Of a stretch of 64,000 nucleotides of DNA, positions 13,681 through 28,130 are shown one piece after another. A program made the position numbers and the translations under genes. Position 1 is the stretch's first letter; the number at the start of each line of letters is the position of its first letter. This stretch comes from Harriotta raleighana (Eukaryota). Below the pieces are notes generated by a model. It ran no database searches and was not told the DNA's origin. It was given only the letters and a program-made list of their open reading frames with translations. The DNA lies in assembly GCA_050575255.1 (NCBI GenBank), contig JBNZDD010013542.1, positions 1,054,369-1,118,368 of the forward strand, written 5' to 3'.

Positions 13681-15269
13681 ACCAATGAACCATCTTTAAC
13701 ATAATATTCCAACCCTGTCCACTCTCCCACAATGAGAATGCTGTTAGTTAATTACAGATGAATCGATAGGGCAGCTCAACTTCACTTTTACAGACCAATT
13801 CAGCAAGAAAGATTAGTAACAAAAAACAAAGATTTTTTCAATCCAGGTCGTGTGAAAACTATCCTTTTTATTGCAGACTTCCCGAGAAAGCCCCAGAAAA
13901 GTATAATCACGCATTTTTTATGGGCGAGGTTCGGTTAAGGTTTCTGTTAATAAGTGACCAATGTCGAAGAGCTCATATAATAAATATGAATGTTGTAACG
14001 CTGTATGCATGCAGTACATTGAATTACCATTATCTGAATATTTCGGGTTTGCTTTGAAACTTTATGAATGTCGTTTTTTTCACCTCCTTGGAGTTTTTAT
14101 TAATCCTTTACAAAATATTAAACCGAACTGGAAGAGGCCCAACTTCTTTACGACGATGATTTTACTTTAAATTCTCCATGCATCCGTGTTTGAATATGTT
14201 AGACAAAGACTCATCTGTATCAGGGAAAAGTGACGTGAGTGTTAAACGATTCTCAGTGTTTTCTAAAAGTATTTAAAAAAAATTGAATCTCTATTTTGAC
14301 AGCTATCCATTTTACAGATCGGTACCAGAAATTATTGTGTGTCCAATGTAAATATAATTATTAATCTAAACGTATTAATATTGTTATTAATTATTTTGAA
14401 AAGGCACGTCAGAATATCATCCTGGGGATTTAACGGGACTACAGAGAATCTCTGAACCGAAATTCTGCATTACAAATTCTCTGATGTTGAAATGTTGATG
14501 TTCATTGTATTGAGTAAATTAGAAAGTATTTCATTTCCATCTCAATATTCATCCCATTCCCATCATACCATCTATTAATTTGAATATGATACTGTTAACA
14601 TATAATATAAATTCCCTTCTAGATGCACTATAAAAGAGCATCTAATGCAAAACAATCGTTTATAGAGGAAATACATTTAGGCTATTCTACTTATTATAAT
14701 TACACGCTTATGTTTTATTTTTGAATATTTCATAAAAATATGTTTTACTTTATAACAATAAACATAAAACAGTAAAACCGACAGATTCACCCTATTGTCA
14801 ATTTTTTTTCTGCAGACTAATAATTCAATGGTTGTTGCAATCAAAGTTACGAAATGCGTCTCATCTCACTATTATCCAGACATGTAAAAAATGTTCAATC
14901 CGCGGTTACTGATCTAGCAACCCAGACTGTATGCTTTGTCAACCTGCGGGAAAAATCCTGAACATTTATTAAATATTGTACTATTGAAGATTAAACTTCG
15001 CGTTAAGATGATCAGTTATAATATCGCTGTAAATATTTTGACCTTTCAGCATCCCAATTTCCGGAACTGACTTTTCATGCGAGAAAGTAATCGCAATTCA
15101 CTTGCGAGGAGATATTTTGAACGGCAGAGGGCGCGCTAGTGTAGCTAGCTGCGAAACAAATGAAAGATTGTCCAGTCGATGTGTAGACTTGTTGTTCAGC
15201 TGTCGTTCGAAATTCAGATCCTAACCCTTACATGTTGATTTTAAAAATAGTTCCAAGTTGCATCCCGAG

Positions 15270-15590
15270 TTGAGTAGGCTCCGGCCTGCTTCATGTCCCC
15301 TGACCCCTCCTCCCCACTATTCTCGGGGAGTGGCCTTCAGTCACTCTGCCTCCAACCTCTGGAACTCCATCCTGCAGTCCCTCCCATCCTTGAACCCCTC
15401 CCCAGCCTCCTCATGTCCTGCCTCGAATCCTCCTTTTTGACCGTCCCATCAGTCACCCCAAATCCCCCCCTTTCCCTCCACCCTCCCCTTCCCCGACCCC
15501 AGCTCGGGTCTGAAACAATCACTGTCCAGCGCCTTGGGACATCCTCCTGACGTGAAAGGCGCAATCCAAGTGTAATTTTGTTGTTGTTGT
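15270..15590 (+). mobile_element. L2-like LINE 3' end, 5'-truncated
   Basis: C-rich 3' region, CAGCGCCTTGGGAC..GACGTGAAAGGCGC stem and (TTG)n tail; similar to 20605-20980 and 62370-62614. Confidence 0.7.
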
Positions 15591-15774
15591 AAGTATAGAG
15601 CTATTAAATTGAACATTACTAAATCAAGGCATACATCTTTTGATCACTGCCAAGCAATTGAAACGTTTCCTTGAAATAAACCTGTAAATATAACTATAAA
15701 TCTACGGTTTAATCAGAAAATTATTCACGAATTGGAGTAATAGCAATGGTCACTAGCCTTACTTCCTAAATGTT

Positions 15775-16260
15775 GGTGCCCTTCAAAATTCCACCACCCG
15801 CATTCTCCCCAAAACTAAATTTTGCTCCTCGATTACCCCAGTCCTTGCCAGACTTCACTGGCTCCCTGTCTTGGAGTGAATCATTTTCAAGATCCTCACT
15901 CTTGTTTTCAAATCCCTCCACTCCTCTGCACCCACCTACCTTTCTGACCTCTCTCCTCACAACAGTATCCATTGCCTTTGCTCTACTGATTCTGGCCTCC
16001 CGAAATCCTCCGTTCCACCATCAGAGGCCATGCCTTCAGCCACTATGCACCGAGGCTCTGGAACTCCCTTCCTCACTCCCATCGCCTCACCTCCTTCACT
16101 ATTTTCAGGATGTGCGAAGGACTTTTCTTTTCGACTGCGCATTTAGTCTCCTTTTCCCCCCTCGCACTGGCTCGGCCCCAGAATCTGTTTTGTAAAGCGT
16201 TCTGAGAAGCCGTCTGGCGTGGAGGGCGTGTTATAAATTGAAGTTGTTGTTTTGGTTGTC
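15775..16260 (+). mobile_element. L2-like LINE 3' fragment
   Basis: GCCTTCAGCC...CTCTGGAACTCCCTTCC motif shared with the other LINE ends; TTGTTG tail. Confidence 0.65.
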
Positions 16261-16299
16261 TACTTGTGGCATTACATGATGTTAAACTAATAATCCTTG

Positions 16300-16503
16300 C
16301 ATTTTGTATTGCTTCTTTCACATCAGAAGGACATCTCAAAAGTGCTTCACAGGAATTACTTATTATTACGGCTCATCTGCAGGGCTCACCTCGCTGACAG
16401 GGCAACACTTCTTCAGCACTGCATAGACTTAGTCTATGTGAGTTCAAAGTAAACTCACAACCTTCTGACTCAGGGGCAAGAATTGTAGAAATTGAGCCAA
16501 GCT
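16300..16503 (-). mobile_element. Degraded SINE fragments (tail plus DeuSINE-like head)
   Basis: TAATAATCCTTGCATTT tail and AACTCACAACCTTCTGACTCAG...TTGAGCCAAG reverse-strand head. Confidence 0.5.
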
Positions 16504-19500
16504 CACATATTTCCTAGATGTGTCCAAACATTATGCAAACATTATACTGAAAACAGAAAATAGAATTTAAAAAATCACAGTAACTACACTTACTGCAACA
16601 AATCCCGCAAAGCTCTTCAAAGCATTCTGAAATGTGCTTCATTAAATGCCAGGATTATTCTTATTTCTAAATCTTTGACAGACTGTCAAAGATGCATCAT
16701 GTCATAGGGTAAGATAATTTTGTTTGGTTGAGCTGAGGGGTGCATTTTGTATGAATTTCACAAAAATGTCTGGGTTGAGATTAATTATGATCCAGTTATA
16801 ACAACGTTTCAACAACAAGATTCTAATATTAATACCCCTATTACAATTCTGTATAATTTACTTCCATTAAGGAGAGTGAACAAAGTCTAACTAAATTTCC
16901 AACCCCCACAAATATCTTATACCTTTTGTATGAGATAATTTTGGTTCAATTGTAGTCAGACCACATTCTTTGAACTTTTGTTTGGTCACTCCCAGTTAAT
17001 AATGATGGAGGATAACCTTGATTTTGGTGATCATTAACAGCTTCCTGGAATTCTGAGAGCCTTGTGAGAAATGTAGATGTCTATGCATCATGTAAATGAA
17101 TGACATAAGAATGCGATAATTCTCCCTCGAGTTCCTGTCTCTACCATATTGTCTTTACATGTATTTCTACTATTTTGATAGTTTCAAAATATAAGGTTCT
17201 TTTTCTTTCTGAGAAAAAAATATCACTCAACATGGGGGAGTTGTGCTTATTTCCAACAGTGCTGCAAACACTGCTGTGAAATAGTATTAGAATGAATTCC
17301 ATAACAGTAAATCCAGTTACGAAGAAAATTGTCACACTGGATCCACATAACAATGAACGCAGTGCTAATGAAATATTTTATGAATATTGTTGATGTTGAG
17401 TTTTATTATAATATTCTTTAGTTTGAATTCCTATTGTACTTCATTTTTAAACCACCTTTAAGTAACACAGTTATCCTGTAATATTAAATAATCAGTATTG
17501 ACTATAATTCAATGCTGTGAGATTTTGAATTTGTTTAAGTTAATAGTTATCAAAGTAAAATGTCCATAGTTTGGTTCATTTTAATGATTTTTCATACAAT
17601 AAATAATTTGTTAATAAAAAATTCAAAGATAATTATACATAGTTTTATAAATTCTGTAGATTTCCATTGACAGTTAAGCAATGGACATTATGGACATACC
17701 TTGAGAGTAGCTCCCTTAATTAAGATTTTCTTATGAATTTTTTGTTCTAACTTTCTTGGAAAAGTCTTTAAAAATAATATTAATGCTTATCTAAAAGACT
17801 GGAACTTCCAGTTGAAAACTGATTTGCAGAAAATGCCAGTTTGTGATATTCACTTAATGTTGGGTGCCCTTAGTAAATATTTTTAAATTACTGAGCACAA
17901 TTGATGGTTAAGCAGATGAAAGGTTGAGGACAAGTGGAGTGGTTTCAAACAGGAGGTCACTCCTAAAATAATGGATGGGACAATTACTCCGTGAAATTAC
18001 AATTGCTCCTTTGTGATTTTTATTTAGCATAGTGCATCAGGATTGAGATATTGAAATCCGTGACTTTATTCATCGAATGACTAGCTGAGTCATACAAATT
18101 TGGGAGATCCCAGGAAAAGAGATTTGATTATCGTCTGAAAAAAGTTAAATTATTTTATTTGGTAGCCCGAGGAGTTGCCAAATGGGTTTGATCACTCAAG
18201 TGTTGTTCTGTTACTCCTGGTTGCCAACTAATGATTCTTCTGTCAAGATCTTGGATGAAAACTGGAGAACTGAACCAATGGTTGTGATTCCTTATGGTGA
18301 TACAGCCTTCCCAAATGTTGTTGTTATAACTTTCTTGGAAAACCCTTTCCAAAAAAATTATTGATAATGAACATTAAAGGACTGAAACAGGTTGTGGGTC
18401 AATCTTACACCATTCTCTGTTTACACTCCATATCTGTAAATTATCATTCTCTTCTATGATTCACCCGATCCCTTATTAAAAGTGCCAAAAGACTGCACCT
18501 CCATTATGGTTTGTGGCAAAGAATTCCACATTCCAATCAACTTCGAATTTTGCTCACTCCATTCCTTAGTTTTATCATCCACCAAAACAAATCTGTCATC
18601 TAATTGTTCCTATGAAAAATGTGAAGAAACCGTTTTAAACTTAAACTTAAAATAACCCTTACAGTATACTAGATTCATTTCATTGAGCTTGGTGAAATCT
18701 CCTTGATATGATTGAGATCTAAAGCAGACTGAGAGTTGCTTTGCCGATTCTGTGTATTCAGTTGGTTAACGTAACCCTGACCTGCCCTTGGCTCAGCACT
18801 TGAGTTCTTCCTCCTGCTTCCACTATGACCTCTCTGCTCCACCCAAAGCAAATACAAACTTTAAGTGCAGGCATTTTTTTCTTTTTCGAATGAACTTTCC
18901 AGGCTTCTGGTCTGAAAGCATCTGGAATTATCTCCACCCTTAATTGCCTCTTCCATGTTTTTTTCTTTCCTTATCTATCTTTTTTTCTGAGCCTTACCGG
19001 GATTTCACTCCGTGTTCTCCCCTACACCCCAATGACAACTCTCCTAAGTCTGTTAAAGACCCATTAAATTCACATTCATGTTTTCAAACATTTATTTGTG
19101 TTTTTTGTAAATGTATATTTGCAGTTCTTCAGTTCTGGAAGTAGCGCAGAGGAAACTCCAGTTCACATTAAGTCAAGTTTGATGAAATATTATGCCCGAA
19201 ATGTTAACCTATTCTCCTCTTTTGATTGACCTGTTGTGCAATTCCTGAGACTTTTGTTTTTGTTGCAGGTTTCCAACACCTTCATTTCCTTTTCCGCATT
19301 GGTGTTTTTTAGCTTTCTCCAGTTGTTGTGGTTTCGTGTACTGTATTTAAAGTTAGAGACAGCTGAAACCGGAAACGTGTGGCAACTCTCCATCTTGACA
19401 CCTTGAATGTGTTTGAGTGGCAGCTTGAACAGGATGTTCAGCCCACAATTTACCATCCAGTCATAAGAGTCCAACAGGTGGCGATCTACACAGAATTTCT

Positions 19501-20604
19501 GCTCCAAGGCAAAATCCAGCCAATTATTTTATGCAGTATATACTGCATTCAAATTATAGTTAGACGCTCTTTATCTGTTTCATGTGAGAGCCATTATTAA
19601 AGTTTGAAATTTAAAAAAACTGAAATGGTTAGGGTTGTTCAGTTGAGTTCATACAAAGGGAGAGATACCCCAAAGTGCACAGATCTCTCTCATTTCAATA
19701 AATGCATATTAGTTTTTAATCCTATAATTAAACAGTCAATGGCCATCTCTCAGCAGCAGTATTATAACATTTAGGCAGAAAATAAATAAAAACAAAAATG
19801 ATTAAAATCAACTCTTTTTATTAACATTTTATTAGCATTCTCAAAACAGTAACATTATTTATTGAACAACACTATGTCATATATGACATTCACTATGTCA
19901 TATAGATTCAATTCTGCACAAGTCTACATCACATGCTTTTGTCAAGAATTTATATACATATATATGTGAACACAAAAACATCTGTTTCACTGTCATCTCT
20001 TTCTTTTTAGGCCTCTATCTGATTGCCACCAACCCCATCTCCGGATTATTGAGAAATATGATTCAGTATGATTCAATATGAATTAATTATGATTCAGTCT
20101 ATGCTTCTGTTTATTTATTTGATTAAATGCATTATACTGCACATATACAATTGCAGTAATATGATCAAACCATTAATTCCCACCAAGCACAAAAAACTCT
20201 TTTGAAAATGATCTAGGTATAATTTTGTAATTGCCTTCATAGGCTAAACACGTCTTGAAGAAGATTACTAATCAAAAACTAATCTTCATTTTTGTGACCA
20301 TTTATAGTGAAGAAAGATTTCCATGTAAACAAAATGCAAAATACAGCAGATGCTGGATGTCTGAAGCAGAAACAGAAATCACTGGGTCCACAATGCTCCA
20401 TCAAAATGGACAACGATAGGTCATGTCATCAGATCGTCCTCATGGCCTTGCTGATGAAATATCGTGGTCCCAAAACATTGACTCACTTTCCTTTCTCCAC
20501 AGATACGACCAGAGCTGCTGAGTGTTCCCATTGATTTGTTTTTGCTAAAGGTTTCCATGTATTCATTTGATGTAAAACTGTGGTACATAATGTTTCAACA
20601 ACAA

Positions 20605-20980
20605 AATACAACAACAAAATCACACTTGTATAGCACCTTTCACATCAGGAGGGCGTTCCAAGGCACTGGACAGTCATTGTTTCAGACCCGAGCTGGTGTC
20701 AAGAATACGGAGGGTGGAGGGAAACGGGTGGATATGGGGTGACCGATGAAACTGTCAAAGAGGAGTGTCTTGAGGCGGGACTTGAAGGAGGCCAGGGAAG
20801 TGGTGAGGCAGACGGATTGCTGGATGGAATTCCAAATTTGGAGGCAGAGTGGCTGAAGGCTTGCTTGCCAATGGTAGATCAGGGGTCATGGAGCAGGCCA
20901 GAGCCTGCTGAGTGGAGGGGGCAGGCAGGTTGGTAGAGGGCTAGGAGGTCGCAGATGCAAAGTGGGGCGAGGCCATAGAG
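20605..20980 (-). mobile_element. L2-like LINE 3' end
   Basis: Reverse complement of the 15270-15590 element; (CAA)n tail at ~20605. Confidence 0.7.
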
Positions 20981-21499
20981 GGCTATATTTCACATGAAGT
21001 AATGGTATTTGATGTTGCATAATAATGTAGAACTATCTCACTTGTTTAATTTGTGTTGCATCTGTTAAATCCCAGCTAATATTTATGACTTCCATTAATG
21101 GTAGTAATGGAATCCAGCCAGATTATGTAACTAAAGTAGCAAATCATTCAAACAAAAATAAGGTTTAACTGATTGCCTGCTCTTGTTGAGATTTAGAAAT
21201 AACCAATGTAGATTGAATATTAAATATTTCTTCTTATTAGTTAAGTGGCTCAATGCAAACGTGCAATTTATAGACATTTTAATTTATTATACTCTCATCC
21301 AAATATTACAATTACTCTTAAATAATTGGAAACACATAAATAATGTCACATAAAATCAGAAATATAAAATTGAAACACTGGATGTCTAAGATGTAGTTGC
21401 TAATTTTCTCAAAATAATCTGTGGCAAAACATCTTCACAGACCTGTGATTTGCAGATTTAACCTCACCTAACTGATTCTGTGTTTGATGCAAAGACAAC

Positions 21500-21745
21500 T
21501 ATAAGGCAATACCTTGCTCAAGGTTTCCTTACTCCATACGCCTGATAATAATCCCTTGGCAAAAAAATAATAATAATTGGGTCACTTCAATCCACTACTG
21601 TTTGTAGACCACTGTTGTGTGCAATTTGCTGCCATGTTTTTCCCACAAAATATGCAGTCAATTTGCTTTACAGTATATTCTAAGAAGCATTTTGAGACAT
21701 CTAGAAGACATCAGAAGTGCTGTATCAAATGTGTAAATTATTGTA
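21500..21745 (+). mobile_element. Degraded copy of the major tRNA-derived SINE
   Basis: TTTCCTTACTCCA...CAGTCAATT...TTTACAGTATATTC...TCAAATG motifs. Confidence 0.65.
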
Positions 21746-23569
21746 TATAAAGTTTAGATTTGAAGCTATTCAATAAGAGTTTGAATCATATTGGAAGAAT
21801 CTCTTTTTTCAGGAACTTGATTTGAAACTGGAGCAGGGCAATTAGATTCAACACCAAATAAAATAAAAATAAAATTAGCAAGGATTATATCAAAATGAAA
21901 ATAAGCATATTTCAAAGGCAGAGCCAATAATCTGAAACAAGTGGATATCTGCAATCTTGAACATTTTCTACATCAAAAAAAAGTACAAGAAAGTAATCCA
22001 GTCAAAAGATAGGCAGACACCAACAAACACAATCACACAGACACGCACGGGGAATGACAGACTAATGGAAGTTAAATATATCACCTTCTAACCAGATACA
22101 AAGGATGACAATTCAAATGCATTCATGGAAAGATAGACGCACAGATAAAATTCCTCTCTGTGATCAACACCTGATGCTTTGATGATTAGACGTACCTATT
22201 GTTTCACAATGTTATGGTGAGATCAATATTCAATTATAACACTTGAAATGTAGGTATTGCACTTGAAATTGTTATCACCTTTCATTTATATGTGACTAGT
22301 TTCTGCGTTTTTCACCTTATAATAATCCTTGTATTCAATGTAGTATCTTATCACATCGTCGAGACGTCTTCAAGCGCTTCATTGGATTTGACCTTGAAGT
22401 ATAGTGACAGTGGAGAAATGCAGCAACCAATTTGTGCATAACATGTCCCACAGTGATGAACAATGTTACCCTTAGGTTTCTACACAATTAAAGAATCTGA
22501 AATAAAACATATTTGACATTTCCTATTTGATGATAAACCTACCAATTCTATCAGAAATGATTTGGTCATGTTCAGCTTTATCAGTTTTTATTTTGGATTT
22601 CCAGCAATTTATGATTTTTGTTCAAAATATTCTATGAGTTGGGTTTCTGTCATTAGTGCTGTGCACTCCACAGCTAGGTTAAAATTGTACAGGTTAAATT
22701 GGCATCTAGCAATTCATATTAACTTTAAAGTGGATAAAATAGCATAAGCTAATATAATAACTGATTTTGCAATATATAGTAATAAATTCATAAAAATCAA
22801 CCAACAAACAAATGCTTCAGATAGAGGTCATGATATGAATACTAACATGTACAATTCAAAATTGTTCTGTAATGTGTATTGATTCCATGTTTGTTAAATA
22901 TACAGTGAAATATTTTTTAACACTTGGAATGCTACAGCTAAAATAATCATTGTATTCTGATTCTGAACTTTGAAAATGGTTTCATATTTGTTTAATTACT
23001 GGTTAACTTTAATTACCTTACTATTAATATGAGTAATATTATATATAATAATTGAGTTTCTTTCAAAGTACCTTTTATTTATCACACTTCATAATTCTTA
23101 ACATTTTAACACTAATGTAAAATTGACTAACTTGGTGTTTAATGAATCTGTTGCATGTTAATATGACAATAAGTATGCCATTGAATCATTTGTACATAGC
23201 AGAAATTGAGACACACAATACCAAATATTGCAGATAATCTGTTAGGAAAATTAAGAAACGTAATGTTGGAAAGTCAAACCTCTTTCATAAAGTGTTTATT
23301 TCTAATATTTTCTTATTTGTATTGAAAATGTATCTGTTGTGTATTTATGCAGTGACATGTATATATATACTGTACAACACAAAGGCTCAAATACATACAG
23401 GACTAAAGCCCACTAAAGGTATACATTCACATGTAAACAAATAAACAAATTCACATATGAAAACCACACATGCCTATTCTTACCTATGTACACATATATA
23501 AAGATATTAAATATACAGTACATAACATTTCCCAGTAATTGTGGCAGTGGATAACTTATAATAAGAATA

Positions 23570-23874
23570 ACAGTCTTTGAATTTGATATAGAGCTTTTTT
23601 GTCTTCTAGACATCTCAAAGCGCTTCATAGAATATACCGCAAAGTGAATTGACTATATATTTGTGGGCAAAATCCAGCAGCCAACTGCACACAGTCATGT
23701 TCCACAAACAGTCATGGATTGAAATGACCAATTTTATTGTTTGTTTTTAAAGGATTATTATTAGGTGTGTGGAGTAAGGAAACGTGCCCACAGTTTTGTC
23801 CTGACCTGCCTGAATTCGAACTCAAGTCTCACACTTGTAAGGCAAGTGCTCTAACCACTGAGTTCAGGACTCCA
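23570..23874 (-). mobile_element. tRNA-derived SINE, near full length
   Basis: Reverse head GGAGTCCTGAACTCAGTGGTTAGAGCACTTGCCTTACAAG...GTTCGAATTC with family body and tail. Confidence 0.85.
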
Positions 23875-23940
23875 CAATTTTGTAGTTAAGTAACTGAAAT
23901 ATAACAGTACACAGATGTTTGTAAAATATGTATCATGTTT

Positions 23941-24230
23941 AGGAGTCCTGTATCTCAGTGGTTAGAACACTTGCCTTATAAGGACCCTTCAAGTTTCCAG
24001 GGTTCAATTCCAGGCAGGGTGAAATCTTGGGCAATTTTCCTCACTCCACTAATAGAAATCCCTCAAAAAACTAAAAATGGATCTTATAAATCCACAACTG
24101 TTTGTGAGGCGATTGGCTGCATTTCGCCCACATATATACAGTCAATTCACTTTACAATATATTCTGTGAAGCAATTTGAGACGACTAGAAGACATGAAAA
24201 GCGCTACATCAAATGCAAGGATTATTATTA
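23941..24230 (+). mobile_element. tRNA-derived SINE, full length
   Basis: Head GGAGTCCTGTATCTCAGTGGTTAGAAC...GGTTCAATTCC; tail ATCAAATGCAAGGATTATTATT. Confidence 0.85.
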
Positions 24231-24331
24231 GAAATAAATGGCAGACATAAACGAGTAATTAGAATACTACAATTTATACTCTTTTTGTTTGCTGTCCCAC
24301 TACCATAAAAGGGTCAAATGGAAGGTTATTA

Positions 24332-24636
24332 TGATAATAATAATCATAATAATAATCCTTGCATTTGATATAGCGCTTTTCACATCTAGATGTCTCAAAG
24401 CACTTCACAGAAATATGCTGTAAAGAGAATTGACTACATATGTGGGTGAAACATGGTGGCCAATTGCAGTAACCAGTGTCCCACAAACAGCCATGGATTG
24501 AAATGACCAACTTTTTTTTGGAGGAATTATTATTATGTGTGTGGAGTAGGAAACTTGCTTAAGGTTTCGCCAAGATCTGCCTGGATTCAAACACAGGTCT
24601 CGCGCTTGTAAGGCGAGTTCTCTAACCACTGAGCTA
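24332..24636 (-). mobile_element. tRNA-derived SINE, near full length
   Basis: Same family on the reverse strand with an (ATT)n tail. Confidence 0.85.
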
Positions 24637-24921
24637 AAGCAGAGTGGTAGGTTTCTATGGGAATCAGACAGTAAGATGACCGAACAAGTCAGTCAATGGA
24701 TTTTAAACAGTGCCTGTTCTACGTTAAAAAATTCAGTGGGCGTTTCACCAACAAAATATACAGTCAATTCAGGGTACAGTATACAGTAGTCACTCCGGTA
24801 TGCATTCACAGAGGTCCTGCCAACCGTACCAGATTTAGAGGAAACCCAGTTGAGTAAAACTAATTCAAATGAACTGTAATATGAAATTTAGAAAATAATA
24901 TCACTTTAAAATAAAGAATAT

Positions 24922-25075
24922 TTCAATCCACAACTGTTTGTGGGACACAGCTGTGTGCAATAGGCTGCCACGTTTCGCCCACATATATAGAGTAAATTCA
25001 CTTTACAGTATATTCTGTGAAGCACTTTGAGATGAGATGTATAAAGTGCTATATCAAATGCAAGGATTATTATTA
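24922..25075 (+). mobile_element. SINE 3' half
   Basis: Family body and tail motifs. Confidence 0.75.
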
Positions 25076-27699
25076 TATAGACTAGTCCATTTGGAAGCAG
25101 GTCCATCACATTCTCAATCACCTCTAAAAATAATAAAAATCTGTAGTATGATATTGTTTAAAGGGGACAAAGGAAAATTAATTTATAATGACAATATTGT
25201 TAAAATGAATTTTGACAATAAATACAATTATAAAAGTATGATTTATATTCATTTTATCTTGCTATTGTTCAAAACTGATTGAGACTTACAAATGTTCAAC
25301 ATGACACTACATGAATACCAATTACAAAACCACTATTTTTGAGTGTTTGATACATATTAAGAAATTATATTTTAATGATCTGCATTACAATATTTAATCT
25401 AATTAATAGAATTCATTTGCTTTCAATATTTACTTCGAGGTATTTACACAGACTCACTTGCATTATAGAAATGGTCATAGTAGTCAGTAACTTCTAGGAA
25501 TAGTTTAAAAAACAAACATTTGCTCTGAGATTTCCTTGCAACATTATGATTTCTTAAGTGACTTATTTTCTAACAGTTTCAGAAATATTTCAAGAACCTT
25601 TTTAGTTTCGATTTCTTCAATTCTTTACTTTGTTTGGTCATTTGGCTATTTAAATTATTACTTGTTTTACTGTGGACATTTTGTAAATCAATATACTATT
25701 CATATGGATGGAAGCACAATGTAACTATTTCTCACCCTAAAGTTTTACCAAGATTTGAACCGATGCATGTTGTGTACAAAATAACTAAATGTGCAGAAAT
25801 AATTAGTTAATCGATTCTAACTCCAATACAATTACTTAGCAATTAAAATGCATTGCTGTATGGGCAAATTAATTTTCATCTTGAATTAGTGGTCTGCCGT
25901 CTTTTATGTGAAAATAGACAGATCATATGTGTTAACGTTATATTCAACAAGGACAGAGACCGGCCTGCAACGTGAATGAATTCACGGTAGAAGGAGTCTC
26001 TATAAAACTCCACCCCACGGGCTATTTACTTTATGCAATGTTAGAATACAAATGAGTTACGAAAGACATAATTTACCCATATAGAATATTTTGTATGGAA
26101 ATATGGAATTTAGACGCGATTCCTTTAATTGCACATTATATGATATTTTTCTTCATTTAAAAGAACACTAAATATTATACACTAAATCTCTATCTGCTAA
26201 TATTATTATTATTCTTATCTACTCACCAATGATTCCGGGCTACACCTGAATTAGACCACTTTCTCATTCTTTATTTTTACAAGATGTTGTTTGTGGCCCA
26301 GACATGACCGACACGTGTTGGGTTGATGATCTGCCTGAAATATTGAATGACGCTGTTATGCTTGGATAAGGATTATGGATGTAAGATATTTTCTGGATCA
26401 AGAATCTAATGGAAAAATGATTCAACATATTATTTATTATGATGAGCGCATGGCAGATCATTATAACGATCTGTGCGTGTTTACACGCATTTATCCAGAA
26501 CCAGCAGTTGTTACATCATATGGATAACGAAATGTTGCTTTAATATAGAGCTGCTCTTATAAAGTCGCCTTGTTAACGGATTGGAAATAATTCCATGTAC
26601 ATGACAGTATTTTCCAGGAAGCACCTTTGCAATTGTTGTGCGTGTTGTTCAACCCTTGTTGAATCCCCTGCTTGTTGTAAGAGATTACACCCAGCCGAAA
26701 TTGTAGTCTTAAAAAACTAGTTACCAGAAGAATCTATAGGCATTTTTTTTTTGGTGGCGGTGGAGTGGGGAGGGAGATGGTTCCTCGAATGTCGTCGATG
26801 TGGTGTTAACTATCCTCTCTTGTAGTTGAGGCTTGTGAGGCGAAGATACAAATATCCAACACTGCCGAATTTACGCATTTTAAAGCATTTCGAAACGACG
26901 CGAATCTTGAAAACCAACGAGAGCACAAAGGTGGCTGATAATTTTAAAATCTCAAACTGAACAATTTGAACTACTCCAGGTGTTTGGAAACGCTTTCACT
27001 GCAGGTCGTAGATATATGTACACGTGCGTAAATAGGTGGCATAGGCGCATGCCTATTGCAGAATATTGCCTGTGTTGGAGGAATAAATATATTCTGTACA
27101 TTTGATATAGCGCTGGTCACATCGGGAGGACATCTCAAATCGCTTCACAAGAAAAGTGTAATAATTATATATTTTGTTTTGGCAAACCGCGATAGCCAGT
27201 CACTAACTAATGAGAATACGCATTTGGGTTTGAAGAGACAGTGAGAGTATTTTTTACGAGAATGCATGTGTGAAAGTACATCTGGATGATTTTTGTGCGC
27301 AAACATTGATATATAATGTATATATTATACTATCTACGTGAATAAATTTGTGAGCACAATACAGCATAAAAAACACACCCTACAATATATCTGATAAAGG
27401 AATTTTGTCGATGACGTGATAAGGCGCTATATCAAAACGCAACGGTTATCATTTATTATAAGACAACACATATATCTGTGTGTTGAATTTACTTGTTGTG
27501 GATGTGGCTCAGAATATGTTTGTATAGTTTGTCACTATATAGAGTAAGTGCTGCTCGTCAAACTGTGTTCAAGAGCATATGTGTGTGAATGACAACGGTT
27601 TGTCAGTATGAGCCAATAAGTCAGAGAAGAGATGGGGGTGATGGGTTGGAGGGAGAGAAGAGGTGTATATTTTGTCAGTGGTATCAAGTTAGTGTGATA

Positions 27700-28130
27700 A
27701 TAAGCTGCCATTGGAGAGTACGTGTATGTGAGATGGAATCGCAGTGTGCAACAATGCCGGTGTATGAGTATAGCTTTGTGTGAGAGACTGAATATCGATT
27801 CGTGAAATAATAGGTCTGTGTGTGAGAGTAACTGTGTGTTTGAGTGGGTTTGTGTGTGTCAAGAGAGGTTTGCAAGCATGACATTGTGTTTATGCATGTA
27901 AGAACCTTTGTGTATGTAAGAATAGGGATGTTTTTGTCTATGTAAATGGGTATATGAGAGAGAGAGAGAGAATGGATGTGTGAGTCGAATTCTGAATGAA
28001 AAGAAGTGGATGAGACTATTTGTATGTGTGAGAGTATATTTTTAAATGTGAGTGTGCATATATGAATAGCTTTTTGTGTGAGATTATGTTTTCGTGTGAG
28101 ATTAATTTTTCGTGTAAGAATTTGTGTGTT
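27700..28130. repeat. Degenerate TG/GA-rich low-complexity tract
   Basis: Decayed (TG)n and (GA)n. Confidence 0.65.

Noticed and set aside
13249-13704. 151-aa ORF (and the similar 156-aa ORF at 27684-28154)
   Set aside because: Produced by CA/TG low-complexity sequence (His/Thr-rich) with no protein-family features.
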